The notes: generated by a model not told the origin, from the sequence alone. Numbered from the stretch's first letter, positions 18,396 through 28,317 are shown. The stretch: 53,644 bases of DNA from an uncultured bacterium (GCA_965372515.1 CBDVCO010000003.1:1-53644); one strand, 5' to 3'. Made by a program: numbers and translations.

Positions 18396-19055
18396 CTAAA
18401 ACCTGGAGTTTATGCCGACAGATAACACGGGACAGATCGTGCAGTTATCCCCGGAATTCTGGAGTTCCTCTTCCTCGGCCGCCAGATCGGCCAGAAAACC
18501 CGGATCCGCGGAGAGCAAGCCGGTAGTAGAAAGGCTCACATCCGGCTCCCCCTGAAAAAGAGCGCCCACGTCGCAGGAGAAACCGAACCCGCCCTCATCA
18601 CCAAAGGTCGTATCCCAGCCAATACCGACATAGGGGGCAAAGGAGTCAAACTCGATATCGGTCGTCACAACGCCGACATCAGCTGCGGTATAGGTGGTAC
18701 CGCCGATATCTATACTAACCCCATAATTCGCGTTTCCTTCAAAGTTATTACCGTTGAACATGGCCCCTCCGGTAAGCCTGAAGCCCCCTTTGAACGGATG
18801 GTAGTCCACCAGTATCGGTACGCTCATAAGGTTCAGGTCAAAACTATAATTAATACCGCCTTCGGTTGAGCTAAAGGAATAGGTATAGTAGTTAAACCCC
18901 GCGCGAATCCCGATCGAATCCGAGATGCTATACTCACCCTCGCCTCCAAGGCCGAGCGTTGAGACCTTAGCGGCGACAGAAGCGCTCTGAGCGTATGCCG
19001 AGGTGGAGATAGCGAGAAAAGCAACCGTAAATAGAAGTAAAATTCTCTTTTTCAT
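18396..19055 (-). CDS. Outer-membrane beta-barrel protein of unknown function
   Basis: Signal peptide (AYA), STLGLG, DYHPF, PYVGIGW, alternating beta-strand pattern, terminal Phe. Confidence 0.8.
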   Translation of the reverse strand: MKKRILLLFTVAFLAISTSAYAQSASVAAKVSTLGLGGEGEYSISDSIGIRAGFNYYTYSFSSTEGGINYSFDLNLMSVPILVDYHPFKGGFRLTGGAMFNGNNFEGNANYGVSIDIGGTTYTAADVGVVTTDIEFDSFAPYVGIGWDTTFGDEGGFGFSCDVGALFQGEPDVSLSTTGLLSADPGFLADLAAEEEELQNSGDNCTICPVLSVGINSRF

Positions 19056-19178
19056 AGTGCCCCTTTTTATATGGTTTTGAAGCGCAAATAGGACTCTGAT
19101 ATAAGCTTAACTATATCATTATATACCACAGTATTATACCATTTAGAGGCTAAATTTCGAGCTTTTTCTTTAGTGGTA

Positions 19179-20012
19179 CTATAGCTTCCCCCCGCAGTAC
19201 TTGCAGAATTCGGCGTCGTAGTCGTGTCCTTCTGCCGAGCACTGCGTGCAGGCATGGGTCGATACCTTTTCGCCCCCGCCCCGCACGGCCAGGGCGATCT
19301 CGGCTGTTACCATACCCGTAGGAACGGCTATAATGCCGTAGCCGAGAAGCATTATAAAAGAGGCGAGCAACCGGCCCGGGAAGGTATTGGGGGAAATGTC
19401 ACCGTAGCCCACGGTCGTAAGCGTAACAATGGCCCAGTATATGCTCCTGGGTATTGAAGTGAATCCATTGACCTCTCCCTCTATAAGGTACATGATCGAG
19501 CCGAGGATCACCACAACGGTCAGCACGGTAAAGAGGAAGACCGTTATCTTCTTCCTGCTTGCTCTGAGCGCGTCCATAAGCAGCCTCGACTCTTCCAGAT
19601 ACTGGACGAACTTCAAGACCCTGAATACCCTGAGGACCCTTAGGATCCTGATCACGAGAAGTATCTGGCTCCCCGGCAGAAGGAGGCTCAAATAAGTAGG
19701 CACGATAGAGACGAGGTCAATAAGGCCGAAGAAACTGGTCGCGTATTTAAGCGGACGGCCGACGCATATCAGGCGAAGCAAGTACTCGACGGTAAAGAGA
19801 ATAGTAAAGAACCACTCCACGTCGTGAAGGATAGGGCCGTAGCGGGCGCGGATAGGAGCGACGCTGTCGAGCATGACCGCGGCGACGCTGCAGAGGATGC
19901 TGATGATGAGCACGATATCAAAGGCCTTGCCCGCGCTCGTCTCGGCCTCGAAGATCGTCTGCTGCAGGGCCAGACGAACGGGCCCAAGCCCCTCTCTCTT
20001 ATGATTCTGCAT
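19179..20012 (-). CDS. Voltage-gated potassium channel (ion transporter)
   Basis: S4 helix RILRVLRVFRVLK, selectivity filter TTVGYGD, C-terminal CxxC...CxxC. Confidence 0.93.
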   Translation of the reverse strand: MQNHKREGLGPVRLALQQTIFEAETSAGKAFDIVLIISILCSVAAVMLDSVAPIRARYGPILHDVEWFFTILFTVEYLLRLICVGRPLKYATSFFGLIDLVSIVPTYLSLLLPGSQILLVIRILRVLRVFRVLKFVQYLEESRLLMDALRASRKKITVFLFTVLTVVVILGSIMYLIEGEVNGFTSIPRSIYWAIVTLTTVGYGDISPNTFPGRLLASFIMLLGYGIIAVPTGMVTAEIALAVRGGGEKVSTHACTQCSAEGHDYDAEFCKYCGGKL

Positions 20013-20042
20013 ATACCCCCTGAGCCTTAAGTTTAATGAACT

Positions 20043-21156
20043 CTAAGCCGAACGGGAACCCTCTCTCCCCATCATCAGGAAAGCATCTATAAACTGGTCT
20101 ATATTGCCGTCGAGCACGGCGTCGACATTGCCCGTCTCGACGCCGCTCCTGTGGTCCTTTACCATGCGGTAGGGCTGGAGCACATAGGAGCGTATCTGGG
20201 AGCCCCATGCTATGTCGCGCTTCTCCTTGTGGAACTCGTCCATCTTCTCCTCCTCCTCCTTGAGCTTCAATTCATAGAGGCGCGAAGCGAGGACCTTCAT
20301 GGCGGTGGCCTTGTTCTTGTGCTGGCTCCTCTCGTTTTGACACTGGACGACTATGCCCGAGGGCATATGTGTTATGCGCACCGCGCTGTCTGTCTTGTTC
20401 ACGTGCTGGCCGCCGGCGCCGCCGGCCCTGTAGGTATCTATCTTCAAGTCGGCATCGTTTATCTCGATATCGATATCACCCTCTATCTCGGGGTAGACAA
20501 AGACCGAGGCGAATGATGTGTGACGCCTCTTTGCGGCGTCATAGGGCGAGATCCTGACGAGCCTGTGAACGCCGGCCTCGGCCTTCAGGAGGCCGAAAGC
20601 AAACGGGCCGGTGACCGAAAATGTCACGCTCTTTAGCCCGGCCTCTTCGCCGTCCTGGTAGTCTATTACATCGGTCTTAAAACCCTTTGACTCTGTCCAG
20701 CGAAGATACATCCGAAATAGCATATCGGCCCAGTCCTGGGCCTCTGTCCCTCCGGCGCCGGGATTTATGGAGACGATGGCGTTGTTATTATCCCTCTCCC
20801 CGCCGAGCATGCGGCGAAGCTCAAATGCCTTTAGCTCCTCTTCTATCCGGCCAAGCTTCTCCCCGGCCTCCTCGGCGCTTTGGGCGTCGCCCTCCTCCTC
20901 GGCGAGTTCGACTAGAACGCCCGCATCCTCAAGGAGCGCCTCTATGGAGCTTACCAGATTAACCTCGGCCTCTACGAGGCTCTTCTCCTTCATGACCCGC
21001 TGGGCCTCATTTTGATCGTTCCAGAGCGCCGGGTCCATGGCGCGTTCTTCTAGCTTCTTTAGTTCCTCAATCTTTGCCTTCGGGTCAAAGATAACCTCTG
21101 ATCTCTATAAATTTATCCCTGGCCCTCAGGAGCCCCTCTTTGATATCGTCGTACAT
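20043..21156 (-). CDS. prfB: Peptide chain release factor 2, with programmed +1 frameshift
   Basis: MYDDIKEGLLRARDKFIEIRGYL then CTT-TGA-C, continuing in +1 as DPKAKIEE... GGTEAQDW, HRLVRISPY, GAGGQHVN, WGSQIRSY. Confidence 0.96.
21084..21099 (-). promoter_or_regulatory. prfB autoregulatory frameshift cassette
   Basis: AGAGGT-TAT-CTT-TGA-C: internal SD plus the slippery CUU-UGA. Confidence 0.92.
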
Positions 21157-21162
21157 ATATAA

Positions 21163-22767
21163 CTACCTCCGGTCCTTGATTTTAAAAATACTAGCGAAAA
21201 TAAAAAAGAGTATCAAAGCTATTGGGAAGAACCGGCCGTAGACGGCAAAGAAGGTCTGGCGCCCTACACCATCGCGGTCCCTTGTCGCGGCTTCAACGAC
21301 AAAACTCTCTCTGGTGAGAAGGCCTGTCTCTTCAATTACCCTTCCAAGCGGGTCTACAACGCCGCTTATGCCCCTGTTGGCGGCCCTTATAAGATAGACC
21401 CTGTTCTCGACAGCCCTGAGTATCGCCATATCAAAGTGCTGATACGCGGCGCTCGTCGGGCCGAACCAACCGTCATTGGTTAAGACAACGAGCATCCTGG
21501 CGCCGCTCTTTACTGCGGCGATCGAGATATCGGGGAATATCGACTCAAAGCATATCAATATCCCAAGCCCGACGCCGTCCATGTCGATCGGCATGTGGCC
21601 GGGGCCGGGCGTAAAGTCACCAAAGCCAGCTGTCAGCTTTTTAACAAAAAACAGCACCTTCTTCATCGGGACGTACTCGCCGAACGGGACGAGCTTGACC
21701 TTGTCGTATCTGCCTTTGATATCGCCCGCGGGGTCAATGAGAAAGGCGCTGTTATAATAGCTCTCCCACTCAACAGAACCCGGTTCGTTATCCTCGAAAT
21801 GAGGGCTCCCGGTCAGAAGGTAAGTGTGTGAATCTCTGGCGACGTCTCGTACAAGCCCGCCGAGCTTATTTTCGTAAATGAGGTAAAAGGGTACGGCGCT
21901 CTCAGGCCAGACGATAAGCTTGGGTCCATCAAGTGCGGCCTTTAGACTTAACGCACTGTATATCTCTATGGTCTTTGACCTGTGCTTCGGGTCCCATTTG
22001 ATCGACTGCTCGATATTACCCTGGGCAACGCCGACCTTCATCGGCTTCCAATTAGGAAGACGGGTCTCAAAAACATCGATTTTTATGAAACCATAGGCAA
22101 GGGTTGAAGTCAATAGCACGAGCGCCACCAAGACCGCCGCCTTTCTCCCCTCCAGGCCCAAAACCGCCATGCCCTCATCTCTCCTGAAAAAATAGCCGTA
22201 TATGGCTAGATTTACCAGAACGACCAGGAAGCTTAGCCCGTAGACGCCGAATATATCGGCGATCTGTATAAGAGGACTAAGGCGGGCCTGGGTATAACCC
22301 GCAAAGGCCCACGGAAAACCCGTAAAGAGCAGGCCCCTTAAATACTCGAGTCCGACCCAGGCCGACGGTACGAGAAAGAGCCTCAAGAGGGTATTGAAAC
22401 CATCTGTCCATGTCCAGGCAAGAGCGAAGAGCGCCATATAGATGGCAAGAAGCGAGACGAGCAGGAGCATAAAGAAGAGACTTAAGACAAGAGGCACTCC
22501 CCCGTAGACATACATGGAATAGAATACCCAGTAGACTGCTGCGAGAAAGAAGAAGAAACCGAAGAGCCAGCCGACAAAGAAGGTACGCTTTAAGAGCGCG
22601 AATCTCCCGGCCTGACGCTCCCCGATTGGCGCCTGGCTACGCACGTGATCGAGAGACCAGAAGAGCGGAACCAGGGCGACCCATGAAAGTGGTGAAAGGT
22701 TAACGGGCGGAAAAGCCGCTCCAAGGAGGAGCGCTGACACAGCGGCCAGAATTACCTGGGTTCTCAT
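21163..22767 (-). CDS. lnt: Apolipoprotein N-acyltransferase
   Basis: GFPW, QGNI, WPES, YYNS, KLVPFGEY, ICFES, TNDGWFG, RAVEN. Confidence 0.95.
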   Translation of the reverse strand: MRTQVILAAVSALLLGAAFPPVNLSPLSWVALVPLFWSLDHVRSQAPIGERQAGRFALLKRTFFVGWLFGFFFFLAAVYWVFYSMYVYGGVPLVLSLFFMLLLVSLLAIYMALFALAWTWTDGFNTLLRLFLVPSAWVGLEYLRGLLFTGFPWAFAGYTQARLSPLIQIADIFGVYGLSFLVVLVNLAIYGYFFRRDEGMAVLGLEGRKAAVLVALVLLTSTLAYGFIKIDVFETRLPNWKPMKVGVAQGNIEQSIKWDPKHRSKTIEIYSALSLKAALDGPKLIVWPESAVPFYLIYENKLGGLVRDVARDSHTYLLTGSPHFEDNEPGSVEWESYYNSAFLIDPAGDIKGRYDKVKLVPFGEYVPMKKVLFFVKKLTAGFGDFTPGPGHMPIDMDGVGLGILICFESIFPDISIAAVKSGARMLVVLTNDGWFGPTSAAYQHFDMAILRAVENRVYLIRAANRGISGVVDPLGRVIEETGLLTRESFVVEAATRDRDGVGRQTFFAVYGRFFPIALILFFIFASIFKIKDRR

Positions 22768-23522
22768 AACGCCGGCTTAGTAAAGACAAGGGAAAATATA
22801 TAGAAGGCCAGCCCTGTTAACCCCATGCCCAGCAGAGCCCCCATAAAGACCTCAAATGGCGTATGTATCCGGCCGGTAAGCCTTGAAAAACTTATCAGAA
22901 CCGCCATGATAAAGGCGAGTATCACCACCGTGGGATTTAAAGAGACGAGGCTCACAGAGACCCATAGCGAGAAGGCCACGGCGGCGTGGCCGCTGGGCAT
23001 TCCTCCTTGAAGCGGCCTGCCCTTCCCAAGATAGGCCTTAGAGACTACAACGCAGATCAATACGAGCAGAAGGGCGATCAGGGCCATGTGGCCTGTAAAC
23101 TCCCTTGCGTCTCGTATCACTTGATCCATCGGCCCGAAGATATATTTCGAAAATATTATAAAGACCACTATGATCAGAGCGGCCGACGAGACAAGTACCG
23201 CGCCGGCGGAGAGGTCCTTGGCGTTCTTCGCCCTGACGTTATGCTTCTCTTCTACAAGGTTCACCACCTCTTCCAAGGCGGTATTGACCATCTCGGCGAA
23301 GAGCAGGATGACGACAGCGACGGCCAGGAGGGCGAACTCAAAGGCCGGAAGCTTTAGTATGAGGCTCGCCACAAGCATCGCCACCGCTGTCACATAGTGA
23401 TACCTTATGTGCTTCTCGGTCTTGAAGGCGTGTATAATGCCCTCTATGCAGAAGCCCAGGCTATCGATCCAGTTCTTGGGTTTTTTTATCTCAGGACCGG
23501 TCAAAGAGAACTCGCTCCACAT
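22764..23522 (-). CDS. dgkA: Diacylglycerol kinase fused to a PAP2 phosphatase domain
   Basis: EMVNTALEEVV and AKDLSAGAV (DgkA), then MPSGH and SRLTGRIH (PAP2). Confidence 0.88.
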   Translation of the reverse strand: MWSEFSLTGPEIKKPKNWIDSLGFCIEGIIHAFKTEKHIRYHYVTAVAMLVASLILKLPAFEFALLAVAVVILLFAEMVNTALEEVVNLVEEKHNVRAKNAKDLSAGAVLVSSAALIIVVFIIFSKYIFGPMDQVIRDAREFTGHMALIALLLVLICVVVSKAYLGKGRPLQGGMPSGHAAVAFSLWVSVSLVSLNPTVVILAFIMAVLISFSRLTGRIHTPFEVFMGALLGMGLTGLAFYIFSLVFTKPAL

Positions 23523-23549
23523 GGGTTTCGTTATAAAATACCAAAATCC

Positions 23550-23990
23550 TTACTCGAGACCGCCCGCCTTGAGTGCCGTTAAAAGCTCTTCTTCTCTTCT
23601 CTTCATCCTGGCGGCCTCTCTGCCTCCGTGTTCGTGGGCAAATCCCAGGAGGTGGAGCGTGCCGTGCACGAGGAGCCTTGAAAGCTCCTCGTCATTTGAA
23701 AGGCCATGGCGGCTCGCCTGAAGCAAAACCCTCTCGAAGGAGATAACCACGTCTCCGAGGAGTTCGGGGTCTTCCATAGGGAAACTCAAGACATCCGTCG
23801 GCTTGTCGATATCGCGATACCTGCTGTTTAGTTCCTTGATCTCCTCATCCGTTGTCAGAAGGATGCTTATCTCGCACCCTGTGCAGTCAAGTTCTTTTAA
23901 GAGAAACGCGGCAATTTTTTTGACCTTGCCCTTTAGCCCGCTTATCCCCCTGCCGCCTTTGCCCGACCTGTCGGTTACCAATACCATCAC
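23550..23990 (-). CDS. ybeY: rRNA maturation endoribonuclease YbeY
   Basis: LNSRYRDIDKPTDVLSFP, LGDVVIS, HGTLHLLGFAH; start trimmed to the GTG/ATG just after the phoH stop. Confidence 0.93.
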   Translation of the reverse strand: MMVLVTDRSGKGGRGISGLKGKVKKIAAFLLKELDCTGCEISILLTTDEEIKELNSRYRDIDKPTDVLSFPMEDPELLGDVVISFERVLLQASRHGLSNDEELSRLLVHGTLHLLGFAHEHGGREAARMKRREEELLTALKAGGLE

Positions 23991-23994
23991 TTGG

Positions 23995-24990
23995 TTACGC
24001 CTTTTTAGTAACAGGCACTGCGGACTTTCTCTCAGCCGCGTCAAAGGCCTTAATGACCTCCTGAACCAGAGGGTGGCGTACAACATCCTTATCGGAGAAA
24101 TTAACGAACTTGATGCCGTCTACGCCCTTTAAGATATCGTGGGAGGCCACCAGCCCGGAGGTCTTTGCGCTCGGGAGATCTATCTGGGTTATGTCGCCGG
24201 TGACGACGGCCTTTGAACCGAAACCGAGCCGCGTAAGGAACATCTTCATCTGGTCGATGGTGGTATTCTGGGCCTCGTCGAGGATAACAAAAGAGTCATC
24301 GAGCGTCCTTCCCCTCATAAAGGCGAGCGGGGCGACCTCGATCGTCCCTTGATCCATGAGCTTTTGAACGCGTTCAAGGTCCATCATGGAATGGAGCGCG
24401 TCGTAGAGAGGGCGGAGATACGGGTCTATCTTGGCGGCCATATCGCCGGGCAAAAAACCAAGGCTCTCGCCAGCCTCTACCGCCGGCCTTGTAAGTATTA
24501 TCCTGTCTACCTCTCTATTGGCTAATGCTCTCGCGGCGGCGGCGATGGCTAGAAAGGTCTTGCCAGTACCTGCCGGGCCTATGCCGAATACTATGTCAAA
24601 GCCGCGTATGGCGTCGAGATAGCCCTTCTGAGCCAAACTCTTGGGCGCGATATTCTTCTTTTTATAGGATTCGTATATCGTGTCCATGAAGACATCGGCT
24701 AGATCGATATCTTCATTATCGACGATCATCCTGAGCGCATAGTCGATATCCGGCAGGGTCAGGGGATAGCCCTTCTCAAGAAGAGCGTAGAGGTCCAGAA
24801 TAAGGCGCTCTGCAAGGAGGCTCCTTGACGGGTCCCCCTGGATGGTCACGGCCGAACCCCTTGTGTCGACCTTAACGTCGAGGAGTTCCTCAAAGCGCCT
24901 GACATTATCGCCGCCCTTGCCAAAGAGGCTCAAGGCCAGCGCGTTATCCGGGAGATTGAACTGCTTTATGGCTTCTTCTCTCTTTGCCAA
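23995..24990 (-). CDS. phoH: PhoH family ATPase (YbeZ-like)
   Basis: GPAGTGKT, RPAVEAGE, PYLRPLYD, FMRGRT, DEAQN, GDITQIDL. Confidence 0.94.
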   Translation of the reverse strand: MAKREEAIKQFNLPDNALALSLFGKGGDNVRRFEELLDVKVDTRGSAVTIQGDPSRSLLAERLILDLYALLEKGYPLTLPDIDYALRMIVDNEDIDLADVFMDTIYESYKKKNIAPKSLAQKGYLDAIRGFDIVFGIGPAGTGKTFLAIAAAARALANREVDRIILTRPAVEAGESLGFLPGDMAAKIDPYLRPLYDALHSMMDLERVQKLMDQGTIEVAPLAFMRGRTLDDSFVILDEAQNTTIDQMKMFLTRLGFGSKAVVTGDITQIDLPSAKTSGLVASHDILKGVDGIKFVNFSDKDVVRHPLVQEVIKAFDAAERKSAVPVTKKA

Positions 24991-25156
24991 TTGTCCTTTT
25001 CTATAATGCTCTCTAAAGGGATGGGATCTAAAAAAGTCTTAAATTACACTATGATATTACCATATGGCCGGTAATTTGGCAATTTATTGTTCTTAAGTCT
25101 ACTGGCTTTATAAGAGTAAAATGAGAAACAAAAGGGGGGGGGTGATCCTGGGAAAC

Positions 25157-25185
25157 AAAAAAGGCCCGGACTAAAGTCCGGGCCC
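25157..25185 (-). terminator. Intrinsic terminator after lpxC
   Basis: GGCCCGGACT-TT-AGTCCGGGCC followed by T6 on the minus strand. Confidence 0.85.
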
Positions 25186-25207
25186 TGGGTAAATCAAATA
25201 TAAGAGA

Positions 25208-26128
25208 TCAAGCGGTAGCCAAACTCTCCACAAGGAGCGACGGCCTCTCTCTCTCCAGATAGTCCGGCCTCGAAGGCTTCTCGGTGATCTCCCACCTGGA
25301 GGTCTTCTTCAAGATCTTCCTGGCCAGACGGTGATTCAGGTGATGGCCCGCGCGATTCGCGCTCAGATTACCGACCACACGTGCTCCAAGCAAGGCGAGG
25401 TCACCCATTACATCAAGCACCTTATGCCTTACGAACTCATCGTGGAACCTAAGCCCGTCCTTATTCAGTATCTCGCTCTCGCCGATAACTATAGCGTTAC
25501 TGAGACAACCGCCCCTGGCAAGCCCGTTGGCCTTAAGCATATCAACATCGCTAAGGAAACCGAAGGTCCTCGCACTGGCGATCTCTTTAAAAAAGAACTC
25601 TGTAGAGAACGGCATTGAAAAGCTCTGCTCTGTTATTGAGGGATGGCGAAAATCGATGCTGTAATCGATACTGAAACCCGCGTCCGGAGATGGCGTCAAC
25701 ACGAGCGACTTATCACCCTCCGAGACACTTATACCCTTCTTAATGACAAGATACTTTCTGGGACTGTTAAGATCCACCAAGCCCACGCTCTCGATCATCT
25801 CAGCGAACTCAACCGCGCTGCCGTCCATGATCGGGACCTCGGGACCGTCGATCTCAACAAGGGCGTTATCCACGCCCATTCCGTAAAAGGCCGCCATGAG
25901 ATGCTCGACCGTAGAGACGGTTACATTGCCAAAGCCAAGCGTGGTGGCGTAGCTCGTATTGACCACGTTGGACGCCTGGGCCTTTATCATGGCGGAGCCG
26001 GGCCTGTCGTTACGCAGGAAGTTTATACCGGTATTCTCCGCCGAAGGATGCACAACCACCTTGACGCTTTCGCCGGTGTGGAGCGCGATCCCTGAAAAAC
26101 TGAATTTTTCTTTAATAGTTTTCTGCAT
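25208..26128 (-). CDS. lpxC: UDP-3-O-acyl-N-acetylglucosamine deacetylase
   Basis: MQKTI, GIALHTG, TVEHLMAA, EVPIMDGS, ARTFGF, HKVLDVMGD, GH; start trimmed to ATG 26128. Confidence 0.96.
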   Translation of the reverse strand: MQKTIKEKFSFSGIALHTGESVKVVVHPSAENTGINFLRNDRPGSAMIKAQASNVVNTSYATTLGFGNVTVSTVEHLMAAFYGMGVDNALVEIDGPEVPIMDGSAVEFAEMIESVGLVDLNSPRKYLVIKKGISVSEGDKSLVLTPSPDAGFSIDYSIDFRHPSITEQSFSMPFSTEFFFKEIASARTFGFLSDVDMLKANGLARGGCLSNAIVIGESEILNKDGLRFHDEFVRHKVLDVMGDLALLGARVVGNLSANRAGHHLNHRLARKILKKTSRWEITEKPSRPDYLERERPSLLVESLATA

Positions 26129-26143
26129 ACGGTTATTTATACA

Positions 26144-26259
26144 CGCAATAATGATGCCAAAGTGCGAGCGCTTATATATCAACAAGTTAGCAGCTAGAGC
26201 ACCTCTATTTGTGTCTCTTTTATACAACAAATGAAGGAAAATGTCTCAAAATTACAACA
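26144..26259 (-). promoter_or_regulatory. sigma54 promoter of lpxC with IHF site and tandem enhancer sites
   Basis: TTGGCATCATTATTGC (GG-N10-GC) at 26160-26145. IHF consensus TATCAACAAGTTA at 26177-26189. Direct repeat TGTCTC-N5-TACAACA at 26212-26229 and 26242-26259. Confidence 0.8.
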
Positions 26260-26312
26260 GATGCTATATTACGTAGACCATAATCAAAGGAGTATGCCCG
26301 CTATGGTCGCTG

Positions 26313-26504
26313 TCATGAAGCCGGCCATACACTAAAGACCACACCCGGCCGCTGGTTCTTCGATATCGCCCGCGTTGATGCGAACTGAAGTACAAGGCCC
26401 CATATCACCAGCCTTCGGTGGAACCTCCTGCGGTTCTCACTTAGAATGAAGGCTATGGCGAGAAAAATTATAAGTCCAATGAAGCTTATGGCCTTTTCAA
26501 GCAT
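26313..26504 (-). pseudogene. Truncated remnant of a NupC/CNT-family nucleoside transporter
   Basis: The first about 42 aa (GLIIFLAIAFILSENRR...VIWGLVLQF) match the CNT N-terminus; similarity then stops. Full-length members are about 400 aa. Confidence 0.75.
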
Positions 26505-26513
26505 CGCATGCTC

Positions 26514-27074
26514 TTATGAGGATCTCTTATCATTCGGATGGGTGTGGGGACGGTGTACCTTTACCACCTCCGGGTCTACCTCAATATCCGGCCCGCCCAG
26601 AAGATCGATGCAGTCGGGCACAGCAGGGAATACGGCGCTAAGACACTCGCCTATCGCCTTGGGTGAGCCCGGGAGATTGATTATAAGAGACGTCCCCCTT
26701 ATGCCCGCCGTCTGGCGAGAGAGTATCGCGGTAGGCACTTTCTTTAAGGACTCGGCGCGCATAAGCTCGCCAAAGCCGGGGAGTTCCTTATCTATGACAG
26801 CGCGGGTCGCATCGGGCGTGATATCTCTAAGAGCGGGCCCCGTGCCGCCGGTGGTTATAATAAGACAGCAGCCCTCAGTATCTGAAAGCTCAATTAACGC
26901 CGCCTCCACCCTGGCGCTCTCGTCCGGGACGATCCTGCTAAGCGGCTGAAAAGGGCTCTTGAGCATAGCCTCAAGCTCGCCCTTTATCGCCGGGCCGCCC
27001 CTGTCCTCGTATTCACCACTGCTTGCGCGGTCCGAGACCGTGACTATACCTATCTTTATTAGATCATTTGCCAT
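26514..27074 (-). CDS. mog: Molybdopterin adenylyltransferase MogA
   Basis: TVSDRAS, TTGGTGPALRDITP, PGFGE, LSRQ, NLPGSP. Confidence 0.95.
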   Translation of the reverse strand: MANDLIKIGIVTVSDRASSGEYEDRGGPAIKGELEAMLKSPFQPLSRIVPDESARVEAALIELSDTEGCCLIITTGGTGPALRDITPDATRAVIDKELPGFGELMRAESLKKVPTAILSRQTAGIRGTSLIINLPGSPKAIGECLSAVFPAVPDCIDLLGGPDIEVDPEVVKVHRPHTHPNDKRSS

Positions 27075-28317
27075 CGGGCAGACCTGACTCAACTTGGAAC
27101 TCGCCGGCGTGAAGGCTCTGCACCGTGACGCTAGCGCCCTCAGAGAGGCTGTCCGCATCGGGCGGAACCACCATAAGTCCGTCGGCCTGTACCATGCTCA
27201 TTAAAATACCGCTCCCCTGCGAGCCGGTCGGTGTAACCGTGAAACCCGTGCCGTCATTCTCCACACGAACGCGCATAAAGTGGAGCCTCCCAAGCCTGTC
27301 CTTTACGCCCTTGGTAAGGCGCGCCGGAAAGGTGGTGCGAAAGAGCTTTTTAGCTCCCATCATCTTCCTGAGCGCGGGCAATACGAACTGGGTAGTGCAT
27401 ACCATGCTTGAGACCGGGTTTCCGGGCAGGGCGAATACATTAATATCCTTGCCAGTGCCGAACGCGAAAGGATGTCCCGGGCGAAGAGCCACACGCCAAA
27501 AGAGCATCTCTATGCCGAGCTCGGCGAGACACGGCCTGACAAAGTCGTGATGGCCGACAGATACGCCGCCTGAGACTATCAAGATGTCGTAGTTTAACGC
27601 CTCTTCGAGCTTGGCTGTTAGATCCTCCCTGGTATCGCGCGCAATGCCCAAGAGAACAGGCTCTATGCCTATAGATTGCAATTCCGCCATGACCGAGTAA
27701 CTGTTGGCATTCGGTATCTTCTTCTCATTAAAGGGCTCGTCTATCGCCTCAAGCTCATCACCTGTCGCGAGTATCGCGACCGTTGGCAGAGTAACGACCG
27801 GAACCACAGCGCGCTTTACCATTGAAAGGATCCCTACCTCAGATGGGCCGATGTCCGCTCCAGCCTCAAGAACCTTGTCCCCTTTCTTGAGGTTCTCTCC
27901 CTTTAGCCTGATATTCGCTCCTTCATCGGGAGGTGTGAGTATTTTTACCTTATCCCCATTCCCTGACCCCGCCGTATCCTCGACGCGTATGACCGTGTCC
28001 GCGCCCTGCGGCACCTCGGCGCCTGTCATGATCCTCGAGGCCTGGCCGTCTTCCACAGCGCATTTGGGGGCGTAGCCCGCGCGGATGTCGTCCACGATAT
28101 CAAGAATTGCCGGGCTCTCTTTAGTAGCCCCTTTGATATCGGCCTCTTTCAGGGCATAGCCGTCCATTGCGCTAATGACATAAGGCGGGTGATCCCTGTT
28201 GGATGAGATATCTTCAGCGAGAATACGCCCGAGGGCCGAAGCTATCGGAACCTCCTCACTCTCGCCGGGCGCGCTGTGACTTAATATAATCTCTTGTGCC
28301 TCTACAACCGTCTTCAT
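27064..28317 (-). CDS. moeA: Molybdopterin molybdenumtransferase MoeA
   Basis: SAMDGYA, IMTGA, TGDEL, SGGVSVG, LPGNPVS. Confidence 0.96.
   Translation of the reverse strand: MKTVVEAQEIILSHSAPGESEEVPIASALGRILAEDISSNRDHPPYVISAMDGYALKEADIKGATKESPAILDIVDDIRAGYAPKCAVEDGQASRIMTGAEVPQGADTVIRVEDTAGSGNGDKVKILTPPDEGANIRLKGENLKKGDKVLEAGADIGPSEVGILSMVKRAVVPVVTLPTVAILATGDELEAIDEPFNEKKIPNANSYSVMAELQSIGIEPVLLGIARDTREDLTAKLEEALNYDILIVSGGVSVGHHDFVRPCLAELGIEMLFWRVALRPGHPFAFGTGKDINVFALPGNPVSSMVCTTQFVLPALRKMMGAKKLFRTTFPARLTKGVKDRLGRLHFMRVRVENDGTGFTVTPTGSQGSGILMSMVQADGLMVVPPDADSLSEGASVTVQSLHAGEFQVESGLPDGK

Noticed and set aside
20043-21156. prfB as a pseudogene or sequencing frameshift
   Set aside because: The break is the canonical programmed CTT-TGA-C site with its SD.
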